The translations under genes and the position numbers were made by a program. A stretch of DNA of 64,000 bases. It comes from Eledone cirrhosa (Eukaryota). The stretch is taken from the NCBI GenBank assembly GCA_964016885.1, contig OZ024748.1, forward strand, positions 42,780,001 through 42,844,000. Direction: 5' to 3'. The notes beneath the pieces are model-generated. The model did not search any database, was not told the DNA's origin, and worked only from the letters and a program-made list of their open reading frames with translations. Positions 39,801 to 49,700 of the stretch are shown piece after piece. Positions within the stretch are counted from its first letter, which is position 1, and each line of letters starts with the position of its first letter.

Positions 39801-40906
39801 ATAACAAGGTCCCTAGTGTTAGTGCCACAATAAAATACATTCAGTAAAAATATTCTCTGAAACGAGACCCTTTCTCAATGATTCCTTATATCCCATGATG
39901 TTACAGAATATTCAATATTATTCCTTTAAAAAAACAAGAATCGATGGTTCGATCACGTTAGTTATCAGATCGAACCAAGTAAACAAAAGTATCGATATTT
40001 AAACTGACTTGACTAACGTGTATCTTTGATCCCAAAGTGAATTCTTCGTTATTCTATCTAAACCCAACTGATCTTCTAAAATAAAGTATAGTGTTGGAAG
40101 AAAGATATAAGGGCGACAAGGAGTTGCCCAGTATTTCAGAAGCCCCCAATAATTTACCAAAACAAAAAGTCGTTATTTAACTCCGGGTCAGCCCTAAGCA
40201 AACTTACCATCAAAGGCGTTACAACCGTGACCATCTTACCTATATCTTTTTAAAGAGAGTAATGGGGGGAGGGGTACTTGCAGACCTGCCAACTTCTAAA
40301 AACATAAAACGGGAAGTACCAAGGAAAAAAAGTGCCCCCAAATAGGAAAAAATGAGGCAAAATGGAGATTTTACAAATGAAAGTTATACCTATTTTCACA
40401 AGAAAAGACATATCTCACCTATCCCAGAGTGGGTGGGAGATCTCCCCGTCGGATGGGGAGAGTTGACAGGTCTGTATATGGCTCTTTTTTTTTTTTTTAA
40501 GCAAGACGTGTGACCTAGTAGGGGTTTGATCGTTTCAGCTGAACAAACCCCGGTGCGTGGGTTGATGTATTGTGAAACGAAGAAATAGCTACCATTACAC
40601 GATATACAATTTTTTGTCAATTTAATTAATAAACAAAAAGAGAGAAAGCAATGATTGTCAAATGAAGAAAAATAAAATTGGGGATACGTGGATAATAAAA
40701 CCCATACATTCACTGACATCGGGAGGGTTTGGTGCACGGGGGACATTTTGAAATAATTATTACCAAAAATAAACACACAAGTTATGGTTCAATTAAAAAT
40801 GATAAAAGCATAATTTTCTGTGTTGAAAAAAAAAAAAAACAACTCATAATAATAAGAACTGACCCCCAATTTCCACTTGGACGGCTTCTACTACGAGTGA
40901 GGACAT
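12529..40906 (-). CDS. MTX2: Metaxin-2, complete, 9 exons, 256 aa: 40864-40906, 38025-38072, 36930-37049, 33144-33220, 27826-27918, 22810-22848, 20728-20853, 19110-19186, 12529-12676
   Basis: Spliced translation [54 protein letters not shown]...[17 protein letters not shown]...EMRAYMALV...[11 protein letters not shown]...[37 protein letters not shown]... follows vertebrate metaxin-2 throughout; all introns GT-AG with matching phases; 771 nt including stop. Confidence 0.95.
12720..13305 (+). mobile_element. RTE LINE 3' fragment (ORF end, 3' UTR, (GAT)n tail)
   Basis: Closely similar to 27205-27792. Confidence 0.9.
13470..17492. repeat. 18-bp minisatellite (caccgtcatcacccacca), ~220 units with higher-order duplications
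   Basis: Direct inspection; ORFs in all frames are repeat translations. Confidence 0.95.
18494..18845 (+). mobile_element. tRNA-head SINE with RTE-derived 3' tail (family B)
   Basis: tggcttagtg A box, gagttcaattc B box, ccttgagcaagacacttt core, taggaagggcatccagctgtagaaa shared with the RTE 3' UTR, (GAT)n tail. Confidence 0.85.
18905..18993 (-). ncRNA. Hammerhead ribozyme motif with long stem II (degenerate copy)
   Basis: gatgt-CTGAGGA-(~58 nt)-GAAA-CGCAC-GTC-acacc; homologous to 45527-45616. Confidence 0.6.
19110..19186 (-). CDS. MTX2: MTX2 exon 8
   Basis: [26 protein letters not shown]. Confidence 0.95.
19405..20685. repeat. 48-bp minisatellite, ~26 units, derived from the RTE/SINE 3' UTR motif
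   Basis: Unit ggcaccagcacaaccacattacagggtggactgggtgctttttgttgt versus ttacagtgtggactgggtgcttttttgccgtggcacctccacgaccac at ~43180-43228. Confidence 0.9.
20728..20853 (-). CDS. MTX2: MTX2 exon 7
   Basis: [42 protein letters not shown]. Confidence 0.95.
20930..21530. repeat. 69-bp minisatellite, ~8.5 units
   Basis: gacaagaaacaggcccc recurs every 69 bp. Confidence 0.9.
21612..22365. repeat. 27-bp grading into 28-bp minisatellite inside a SINE remnant
   Basis: gaggtcagagtacaggggtcaaaactt changes to gaggtcagagtacagtggtacggaaccg; begins at tttgaactcaga (antisense SINE B box). Confidence 0.85.
22810..22848 (-). CDS. MTX2: MTX2 exon 6
   Basis: [13 protein letters not shown]. Confidence 0.9.
23003..23590 (-). 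mobile_element. Cluster of family B-related SINEs
   Basis: RTE tail plus gtgtcttgctcaag core plus tRNA head; two heads in tandem. Confidence 0.75.
23950..24128 (+). mobile_element. SINE family A copy
   Basis: Full-length match to 3697-3857 and 41140-41318. Confidence 0.85.
24418..24755 (-). mobile_element. SINE family B copy
   Basis: Reverse complement of 18494-18845. Confidence 0.85.
24843..24903 (+). ncRNA. Type I hammerhead ribozyme motif
   Basis: Stem I ttttat/ataaaa; CUGAUGA; stem II aag/ctt extended by accaag/cttggt; GAAA; palindromic (AU)n stem III; AUA site. Confidence 0.75.
24945..27792 (+). mobile_element. 5'-truncated RTE-clade LINE (APE C-terminus, RT, PHD-like finger, 3' UTR, (GAT)n tail); in-frame stops at 25980 and 26997
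   Basis: SQVDYML/SQHRL (APE); [44 protein letters not shown] (RT); [11 protein letters not shown] and GRPRKTW (RTE C-terminus). Confidence 0.95.
27826..27918 (-). CDS. MTX2: MTX2 exon 5
   Basis: [31 protein letters not shown]. Confidence 0.95.
27950..28380. repeat. (GGT/GTA/GTT)n low-complexity tract
   Basis: Direct inspection. Confidence 0.85.
28490..28770 (+). mobile_element. SINE (family A-related, long form) leading into the 30-bp satellite
   Basis: gcagagtcattagaacatcaga head, gttcaaatccc, gcctttcatcc...gtcgataaa; homologous to ~63772-64000. Confidence 0.7.
28773..33038. repeat. 30-bp minisatellite (tctacaaacatcctatatcaatgtggcaac), ~142 units, no indels
   Basis: Perfect 30-bp phase over 4.3 kb. 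Confidence 0.97.
33144..33220 (-). CDS. MTX2: MTX2 exon 4
   Basis: [26 protein letters not shown]. Confidence 0.95.
33461..36905. repeat. ~40-50-bp compound minisatellite (ctgaccaactcagctgtgactg + ctat/ct microsatellite), with an 897-bp higher-order duplication
   Basis: Identical ORF translations at 34799 and 35696, and at 35040 and 35937. Confidence 0.95.
36930..37049 (-). CDS. MTX2: MTX2 exon 3
   Basis: [40 protein letters not shown]. Confidence 0.95.
37460..37885. mobile_element. Two RTE 3'-tail copies in inverted orientation (~37460-37630 minus, ~37715-37885 plus)
   Basis: catcatcgtttaac...ggatgccgttcctaacaccaaccac versus gtggttggtgttag...ttaaacgatgatg. Confidence 0.8.
38025..38072 (-). 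CDS. MTX2: MTX2 exon 2
   Basis: [16 protein letters not shown]. Confidence 0.93.
38375..38748 (-). mobile_element. Two SINE family A copies, the first rearranged
   Basis: aattgtttctacttttggcacaaggccagc at ~38375 and ~38576. Confidence 0.8.
38965..39605 (+). mobile_element. SINE family B copy followed by an RTE 3' tail
   Basis: Matches 18525-18845 and 13080-13300. Confidence 0.8.
40281..40474. mobile_element. Small MITE
   Basis: TIRs cagacctgccaact / agttgacaggtctg. Confidence 0.6.
40864..40906 (-). CDS. MTX2: MTX2 exon 1 (ATG at 40906)
   Basis: [15 protein letters not shown]|gtcagt, similar to vertebrate MSLVAEAFVSQIA. Confidence 0.9.
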
Positions 40907-40928
40907 ATTAAGGTGAATGATGCCTGGA

Positions 40929-40953
40929 AACCGGAAGTTCACTACCGGAAGTA
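40929..40953. promoter_or_regulatory. Tandem ETS (GABP-like) motifs just upstream of the MTX2 ATG
   Basis: Two ACCGGAAGT copies 25-45 bp upstream of the start codon. Confidence 0.65.
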
Positions 40954-41139
40954 GATTATTACAGTGTCGAAGCAAAATAGTTATGTTTGTTAAGAAAACG
41001 GTGGCGACTTATAATATAAGAATTTAATGATATATTTCGCCGTACTAGACGACTTCAGGGTATATTTCGCCGTATTAGACAATAGAAGGTAGTCTAATAT
41101 CAAATGTAGTGGGCATTTTGTTGTTTAGTTTGTGTTTAT

Positions 41140-41515
41140 GGCAGTATCGGTAGAGAGTCGGACGCCATGCTTTGCAGCATAGTTACGTCCCTTTATGGTC
41201 TGAGTTCAAATCCCGCCAAGGTTAACTTTGCCTTTCATCCTTACGGGGTCGATAAAATAAAGTACCAGTAATGTACTGAGATAATTGCTGGCCTTGTGCC
41301 AAAAGTAGAAACAATTATTAAAAAATGGTATTGTTTCTTTGTGTAGTTTTATAATTGTTTCTGATTTAGACACAAGGCCAGCAATTTGAGGGGAGGGGAA
41401 GTCAATTGAATTGAACTCAGTGTGTTACTGGTACTTTAATTTATCGACTCCCATAAGGATGAAAGGTAAAGCTAACCTCGAGAGGATTTGAACTCAGAAC
41501 ATAAAGGGATGCAAC
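41140..41515. mobile_element. Tail-to-tail SINE family A pair (41140-41318 plus, ~41353-41515 minus)
   Basis: Both match the family A consensus. Confidence 0.85.
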
Positions 41516-41904
41516 TCATACAACTATGGTGGATATGCCGATAAAGAATCTTGCTAAACAAATTCAGAAACGAAATATATATAATTATATATTCGTGTAC
41601 AGATAGTTTTGCATACACAATAACAAAATATAAACAAATGTATTTATTTCAAGAGGCTCGACAGCAGCAAAAACAACAACAAAAAAGAGAGGGAACGCAA
41701 TTACATGCTTTTGAAAAATCTTAATGGAAAATTATTTGCCTATTCACCCAAGGCGACTTCACTTTTTATTAGGAGTTCTGCATCAATTGGTGAACATACG
41801 ACGAAACTGTTTCAGAAAGGAGGGATAAACATGCCAATCTATGTTTAGAATCCCAAACAACGCCGGGCCATTCTGCTAGTATATAATATACACACACAGA
41901 GAAG

Positions 41905-42155
41905 CGGTGAACACAGACATCTGGGACCACATACAATACATAAGCAGGTAGCACACACATCTAGGACCACATAAGCAGGTAGAACACATCTAGGACCACA
42001 TAAGCAGGTAGAACACACATCTGGGACCATATACAACACATAAGCAGGTAGCACACACATCTAGGACCAGATACAACACATAAGCAGGTAGCACACACAT
42101 CTAGGACCACATACAACACCCAGGCAGGTAATACACATGTCTAGAACCACATACA
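41905..42155. repeat. ~39-bp tandem repeat
   Basis: acacacatctaggaccacatacaacacataagcaggtag units. Confidence 0.8.
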
Positions 42156-42974
42156 AGAAAAGCAGGTGAAAGGGGTGGACAACCGAGCCGCTACCAGAGT
42201 AAAATATAACAATATCGCAAGGAGTACTGGGAAACCACTCTAATAATCGTTTAGGCAAGCCAGCACACTCGCAGCGGTACCTCGGGTGATGGCGAGGCTG
42301 AGGTGCTGGAACAACCAAACGCCCGGAACAGCGTATATTTGAATATTTGAAAATCTAGGGTAAACTTAATGCAGACATATCGTTTTTTGTTGTGTTTGTT
42401 TTTGTAAATTAGAAACTTTAAATGTAAAAAGATTGAAGAACTAATGAAGTGTACAGACTTTCAACAATTATTCTTTTATATCATTGTTTCATAATTTTTT
42501 TAAAGTGCAGAACCTTCTTTGGTTCAGAAACTTCTGCGTAACCTTAAAGTCTAACACTGTTATATGGTCGTAATATATATATACGACTTTACTTTTTTTC
42601 ATGGAACCCCAGAAACTCCTTTGCAGAACCTACTGCTCTGTACGTAAAAAAAAAAAAAAAATATTAAAAGGATCTTGCGAAATATGAATTAGTGACCTAC
42701 CGAGTATGTTTGCAAGATTATCTCTCATGTCCACAGTAAGGTTGTATAAACAACAAGACAATCTTTATAACTGTCCAATATATATATGTAATCTCAATTA
42801 GTTTATAACATATAGTGGCGATAAAACTTGTTTATCTTGTTAAAATATCTTAGAAGTTTAAAAAAAGTTTAAGATTTCAAGGGAGGTAACTACAATCTGG
42901 ACCGTGCAGAGTTACATTTCTTGATTTTTTTTTTTTTCTCCATATTCTATCGATTTCAACATCAATAATACAAT

Positions 42975-43240
42975 CATCATCACCGTTTTACGTCCGTTCT
43001 TAACACGCTAGCATGGGTTAGACGGGTTGTCCTGTCGTGAGCAGTGTCTGGTCGGCTGACCATGCCTTGCTTATACAGGAACTCATTTGGCTTGATTTCT
43101 ACAGCTGGATGCCCTTCCTAACACCAACCTCATTTACAGTGAGTGCTGGGTGCTTTTTCGTGGCGCCTACACGTTCACTTTACAGTGTGGACTGGGTGCT
43201 TTTTTGCCGTGGCACCTCCACGACCACCTTGCAGTGGGAG
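42975..43240 (-). mobile_element. RTE 3' UTR / SINE B tail
   Basis: ttctacagctggatgcccttcctaacaccaacc. Confidence 0.8.
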
Positions 43241-43561
43241 GGTGTGGGGGCATGACGGTGTTTTTTCCCCAACGATAAAGTACAAATTGTGTTTGGTGTG
43301 ATAAAGGATATCCCACTCACACAGGTTGTGTACAGAACACAAGACTATTTACCAGGTGTGTAACTGCCATTTTGTCCGTGGGGCACAGCTGAAACACCAC
43401 TCTTAGGTGTAGAATGTCTCACCCTCTCCCCTTCCCTTCCTTGCTTAACAAATTTATATTTTCAAGAAATGAAATAAAACAAAATCGTGGAAAACTTAAT
43501 TTAATAAAAAAAAGTACACATTTTATTTTTTTTTGTTTGTTAAATTAAAAGTCAATAAAAA

Positions 43562-43754
43562 CTATGGCAGACTTTGTTTTGTTTCCTGATTAAGATCTGT
43601 TCCATTATTTTCATCATTCATATTTTCACCTAATTTTGTATCATGTTCTGTCTTTGGTATAATTTCTGTGTCTGATGCAGATGCTAGAGTTTTTGGTGTT
43701 GCAAATGGAAGCAAGTCGCCCCATTTACAACAAGATCCACATTTGTAAGCTTCC
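43562..43754 (-). CDS. METTL17: METTL17 terminal exon
   Basis: EAYKCGSCCKWGDLLPF...SLP*; AATAAA about 35 nt downstream. Confidence 0.92.
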
Positions 43755-46700
43755 CTGAAAAATAATAAAAAAGAAAAATTTTATTGTTAGACCATCAAAA
43801 ATAAACTTAACCCATTAGTTACCAGCCTGGCCAAAACTGGCTCTGATTCTATGAAATAAAACAACCCTTTTTAACCCTTTAGTTACCAACCGAGTCAAAA
43901 CCAGCTCTGGTTCCATGAAATAAAGCCACCCTTTTTAACCCTTTAGTTACCAACCCAACCAAAACCAGCTTTGGTTCTATGAAATTAAAACCACCCTTTT
44001 TAACTCTTTAGTTACCAACCTGGTCAAAACTGGCTCTGGTTCTATGAAATAAAACCACCATTTTAAATTAAAATCTTCCAACATAATTTCATATAAGAAT
44101 CTTGCCTCTTTAAATTTCAGTTAATATTATACTGTTCTGGATGAAGAAGTGCCAGGAAATCCCAGTGAAAGGGAGTCGCGGAAGAGATAGACCAAGGAAG
44201 ACCTGGGCAGAGGTGGTAAGAGCTGACAGCAAATCACTGAGACTCTCAGAGGAGATGACGAAGGAATGCAGCAAGTGGAGAGATACAGTGCTGAGAAGGA
44301 CCTGTTCAACTCATGGAAGCATGGAAAAACAATGATGATGATGACAATGATAATGTGAGCTGTAACAATGACAACAACAATAACAACAAACTTGACTGTA
44401 AGTAATCCTCATTTTACCCCTCAAACCCTAAAATATATCAATCCAATTACTTACTTTCCATGTTTCTTCACTGTAAGAAAAGAATGTTCAATTTCTCCGT
44501 TTGGACAACACAGCTTTAAATGAATATTTTTTGAATGTTTACGAGGGCTCTGTAAGATCCGCGGCCATTCTCTTCTTACAACTTCAACACAAAAAATTAA
44601 AGAAGAAATAAGAAAAATTCCATCATGTAAACCAATAAGTTTTATTATTTATTCTTTGTGTAAATAAATGTGTTTATGTATCCATATATATACACATACA
44701 TATATATATACATACACAAACATATATACATACGCACACACACATTCACTCTGGCCACATTCACCTTGGATGACAATTAATGACAGATCATTTCATATTA
44801 TTGAAATTACTTATAAAAACACTTACTGTGTTTCATCTTCTTTTTCTGTAAAATTACGTAACAAAACCTTTCAGTGATTTTCTGTTTCTTCTGAATAATA
44901 TAAAATACAAAAACCACATTTATTCACAACAGAGAAAAATTTCAAAAGTTTTAAATATAAGATTTCTTAAACAAAAGTAAATTTTAAATAAACAAAGTAT
45001 GTTTAGAAAGCAATGAGTGAAGTTTGAAAATTTAAATAGAAATAGGAGGCTTCATCGTAACATTTGACTAAAGAATCTATGTACTACTAAAATTCTGTGA
45101 TTGTGTGTTTGTCTGTAATTTAATACAGCCAAAACGGTGCATAATGGGTACATATTCTGATACCCATTTTAATAATAACCTGTTATTAAGACTATTTTCT
45201 TTAGTCAAATGTTACAAAGAAGCCTTCGATTTTTATTTAAATTTAAATTTTAAATACAAGTTATTTTTGTTGAGAAATGGCCAACATAAACCTCTTTGTT
45301 TTTAGCTTTTTTTTTTAAATTTAAAATCTAATTTTATCACTGATTCAGAAACAATATGTCCCACCTCGCCATTGTGGGACCTTTAGTGGAGAATAAAACA
45401 GAGCTGATAAATTTAGAAATAACTTTTAAGTGCTGAGAATATATATATACATATAGAGAGAGAGAAAATAATAACAATATATAAGGGAACAAAGAATCAG
45501 TGTGGCATCATATACATATTTAATTACATATTACATATGTTTCACTGTCGATCAGCTCAAGGAACGATCGAATAATGATCGATCCTGACTCTGGAATCGG
45601 AAGCTCCTCAGATAAGTGTTCACATGTAGACTCGTGTCTAATTAAATATATATATGATGCAACACTGAATCTTTGTTCCCTTATATATTATTATTATTAT
45701 TAGTGATACTCTGCTTCCCAAGAGCATTGAGTACTCATTCAACATACCGCCTACGAACACTATTAATTTGCACCTTTAATACCTATATATATATATATAT
45801 ATATATGTATAAAGGATGATGTATTCAAGTGCAGAGATGCTATGAAAATAGGGTGAAGACCCTTAAAAGATGGAAAAAGAAGTTGCCATTGGTTGCTATT
45901 GTTTATTGAACTGTCAGAAATTCAGAGTGAATTCTGAGAAGCTAATCAAGTGGTTAATCGATATGCTAGAAATAGCAGCTCAATCTTCCTTAAATCATAC
46001 ACTATTTTATCTATTAAATAGGACGAACATGAGATATTGTAATCCAACAAAATACTATGACCAAAGCTGGAATATGTTTTACTTTGATCATAGATCTGTC
46101 CTACCAGTGCTGAACTGAGGGTAAAAAAACACAACTAAATTTATGAACTAATTAGAAAACAATAAATAATGGTTTCTACTTTTGGCACAATGGAAAAAAA
46201 TAAATAATAAAAGAAAAAACTGCAAACATCAAAATGCTTACCGCGACAAACTCAAAGTGTCTGTAGGTAATTTCAAAATTACAAGGAATTTTTTTAGTTT
46301 CTTTACTCATTGGGCAGGACATATCATGAGGACACTAGAATGGAGAAGAAAGACAGATGAAAGTGGGTGGGGAGAAGAAAGACAGATGAAAGTGGGTGGA
46401 TGTTATCTAAAACTTTCATAAGAGAGTAATACAAGGATTTCTATTTATTTATTTATTCAATTTAAACGTCCGTATAGAGCTAGTAAGCCATGACAGACTC
46501 AGGGGAAGTATTGAGTACTCTTTACAATTGGTAATCAAAAAAGAGCTTGTGAGACAAGTAATAAAAAATAAAATCTAGACATAAGGATTGCAATTTGTAG
46601 GGAGGGGGAAAGTCAGTTATATCGACCCCCAGTATTTGACTGGTACTCTATTTTATCAATGATGCAAAGAACCAGGAAGAAATACAAGACATTTTACCCA

Positions 46701-49700
46701 ACATTCTAAAGATTCTGTCAATCCACCATCTTTAGGGTGACACAATAATGGTTTCTGATTTAGACACAAGGAGGGGAACGTTGATTAAATCAACCCCAGT
46801 GTGTTACTGGTACTTTATTTTATCAATCCCTTAAGGATGAAAGGCAAAGCTAACCTCATCAAGATTTGAACTCAGAACGGAATGTTTTTGTTTTTCTCAA
46901 TATTTAATATGAGAAAGGCTATATTCCCCAGCTAAAGCAGGGTCAGCCTTGCAGGCCACACACATTATGTAGGGGTCCTTTTTTTAGGCAAGGTTTTACA
47001 GCTGAATACCCTTCGTGGTGCCAACCAACCCTTTTAATCACAGATTATAACAACAAAGTTATACTTACTGGAGCAAAAACTGTAGCTTCTTCTGAGGAAT
47101 CAGTGTTTTTCTAAAAGGTAAAAATATAAAGTATAATCTTTTTTTATTAGATATACCATAGATACTTGAATATAATCTGAGGAATATGTGACCAAAATTC
47201 GATGGTAAATTGGGAGGTTGGCTTATATACACCACCTAAACAATGTGTTGATTAGCTGCCTCAGTGTATAAATGAGGTTTGGATTTTTGCCCATTTCTCA
47301 GACATAAAATAGAGTGGGGGACTTATATTCGAATATATACAATAAGTTTATGAAGGTGAATTGAGGAATTGTTGGCTATATTTCTATATAAACACCAAGA
47401 TTATTTATGTAATTTCAAAACAAAACAAACCATAGTTTAACTGTAAATCAATGTCTACCTTTCTTGAAATATAATTCATATTTCCTTCCTTTGTTCATAA
47501 TTTTACTATTTAATGAAGAACATATTTGTTTTCTCTTTTAACCCTTTAGTGTTCAAACCGCCAGAAATCGCTCGAAAACACCCACACTAAAAAATTGTTC
47601 TAAAAATAAACAAACCATCATCAAAATCTCGTCAATTCGAGACTGCTCCGAGATTAGGCCTTTACCGCAAAAATTAACACTTAATATAGTGGAACAACTT
47701 AAAACAACAAGTGTTTTTTTAACTTTGAAAGTGCCAAAAAAATTTTTTTGTATCAACATGGCTTATGAAAGTAGCGATACCAACTTTGAAGTTTTTACAC
47801 ACGACGACATTCAGAATAAACAAGAAACAAACGATAATATTAGTGATTTATCTTCAAATGAATCTGATGTTTATATTTCTGAAATTTTGTCCGACAATGG
47901 TTGTTGTTTTGAAAGTGAAAACGAAGGAGACTCCAGTGCACCATTGAAAATGTTACAGCAACTTGGTTGAAAAATACCACACCAATATATGTTCCCAATT
48001 TTATTCAAATTACTGGTCCACAACACACATTAGCTCCCGATGCTAAAGCACTGGATTATTTCTTTTTGTTTTTACCACAAACTTTCTTTGAAGTTATGGC
48101 AGAAGAGATTAATCGATATGCTCAACAAAGGTTTCAAATCGAGGAAAACCCGATCTGTTTGGTGACCGACAGATGCTGAGGAAATGCAAGCATTTTTTAC
48201 CGTAAATATTATATTCGGTATAAAACAATTTCTAAGACTGTGGAATTACTGGAGCACTGATATAAGGTTTAGTGATTCTTATATATCAAGTATTATGCTG
48301 AAAACAACGTATTTAAAATTAAACCAGTATTTGCACCTGGTTGATACTTCAAATGCCCCTATTAATTAATTTCACCTGCCCATAAAAGTCCAATTTGACC
48401 AAAAAAATCAGGTAAAATTGTATAATTGTAAATTATTGATATTTAAACATCTACTGACAAAATTTCAAGCCTACACATAGAAAATTAAGAAAATTACAAA
48501 CAAATAAAATTGATAACCCTCTTGAGTATGATTAACTCAAAATAATTGTTTCTACTTTTGGCACAAGGCCAGCAATTACCCAGTGCATTACTGGTACTTT
48601 ATTTTATCGACCCCGTAAGGATGAAAGGCAAAGTTAACCTCGGCAGGATTTGAACTCAGATCAGAAAGGGGCGTCACTCTGTGCTACAAAGCATGTTGTC
48701 CGACCCTCTACCAATACTGCCAAACCACCAATGCGAACAGATAAACATGACGTTTGAAAATTAATGTGAATGCTAAAGGGTTAAGCTATTTTATACGGCA
48801 CAGAAGCAGCGACTCCAAGACAGCACAAACATTTCTAATTTAATCATAAATATGTTTAATGGTGTTGTTATACTTTGGTAGGGTCATGCTGCAAATAAAA
48901 AACATATGCCAGTAGAAGGAAGACGCAGTAGAGGAAGACCACGAAAAACCTGGGTGGAGGTGGTGAGAGCAGACCTCAGATTGCTGAAGCTCACGGAGGA
49001 GATAACAAAGGACTGTGACAAGTGGAGAGATGCTGTGCTGAATAGGACCTGTCCCACCCTTGCAAGCAGGGAAAAGCGGACGTAAAATGATGATGATGAT
49101 GTATGTATTGGGGGAGGATGCACTTGTTTGGTTTCATTTTAATTTATTATTATAATTTCCCAGATGGTTAGTTTAAAGGTGTTTCATTTAAAATCTCAAT
49201 GTAAAATAAAAAGAAATCATATCTGAACCTTTAGGATGGAATCTCTGACTTCAGATATAACATGAAAACCAGCATTTGTTCCATTTTCAATAACTATCTG
49301 AAATATAGAAATTATTCAAATATTTATTTTAAAATGTAAAAAAAAATATTAGAGGAAGATTTAATTTTAGAATAGTGTGACATTTTAGACAAAGGAGAGA
49401 AATGAAGTTGTTGGCAGTGGTGGTGGTAGTGTTGGTGGTGGTAGTGGTGGAGGTAGCAGTGATAATAGTAGTGGTGGTAGTGGTGGCAGTAGTGGAGGTA
49501 GAAATGATAATAGTGGTGGTAGTAGCAGTGATGATAGTGGTGGTGGTGGTGGCAGTGATGCTAGTGGTGGTGGTATGGGTTATGGTAATGGTGGTGGCAA
49601 TGATAATGGTGGGGGTGGCAGTGATAATGGTAGTGGTGGTGGTGGTAGCAGCAGTGATGGTAGTGGTGATGATGATAGTGAATCTTTTTGACTAAATCAC

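Noticed and set aside
40410-40480. Candidate MTX2 first exon (donor ag|gtgaga)
   Set aside because: Lies inside a MITE; the true ATG exon is 40864-40906
41530-41595. Possible decayed hammerhead (ccgataa...gaaatatatata)
   Set aside because: CUGANGA absent
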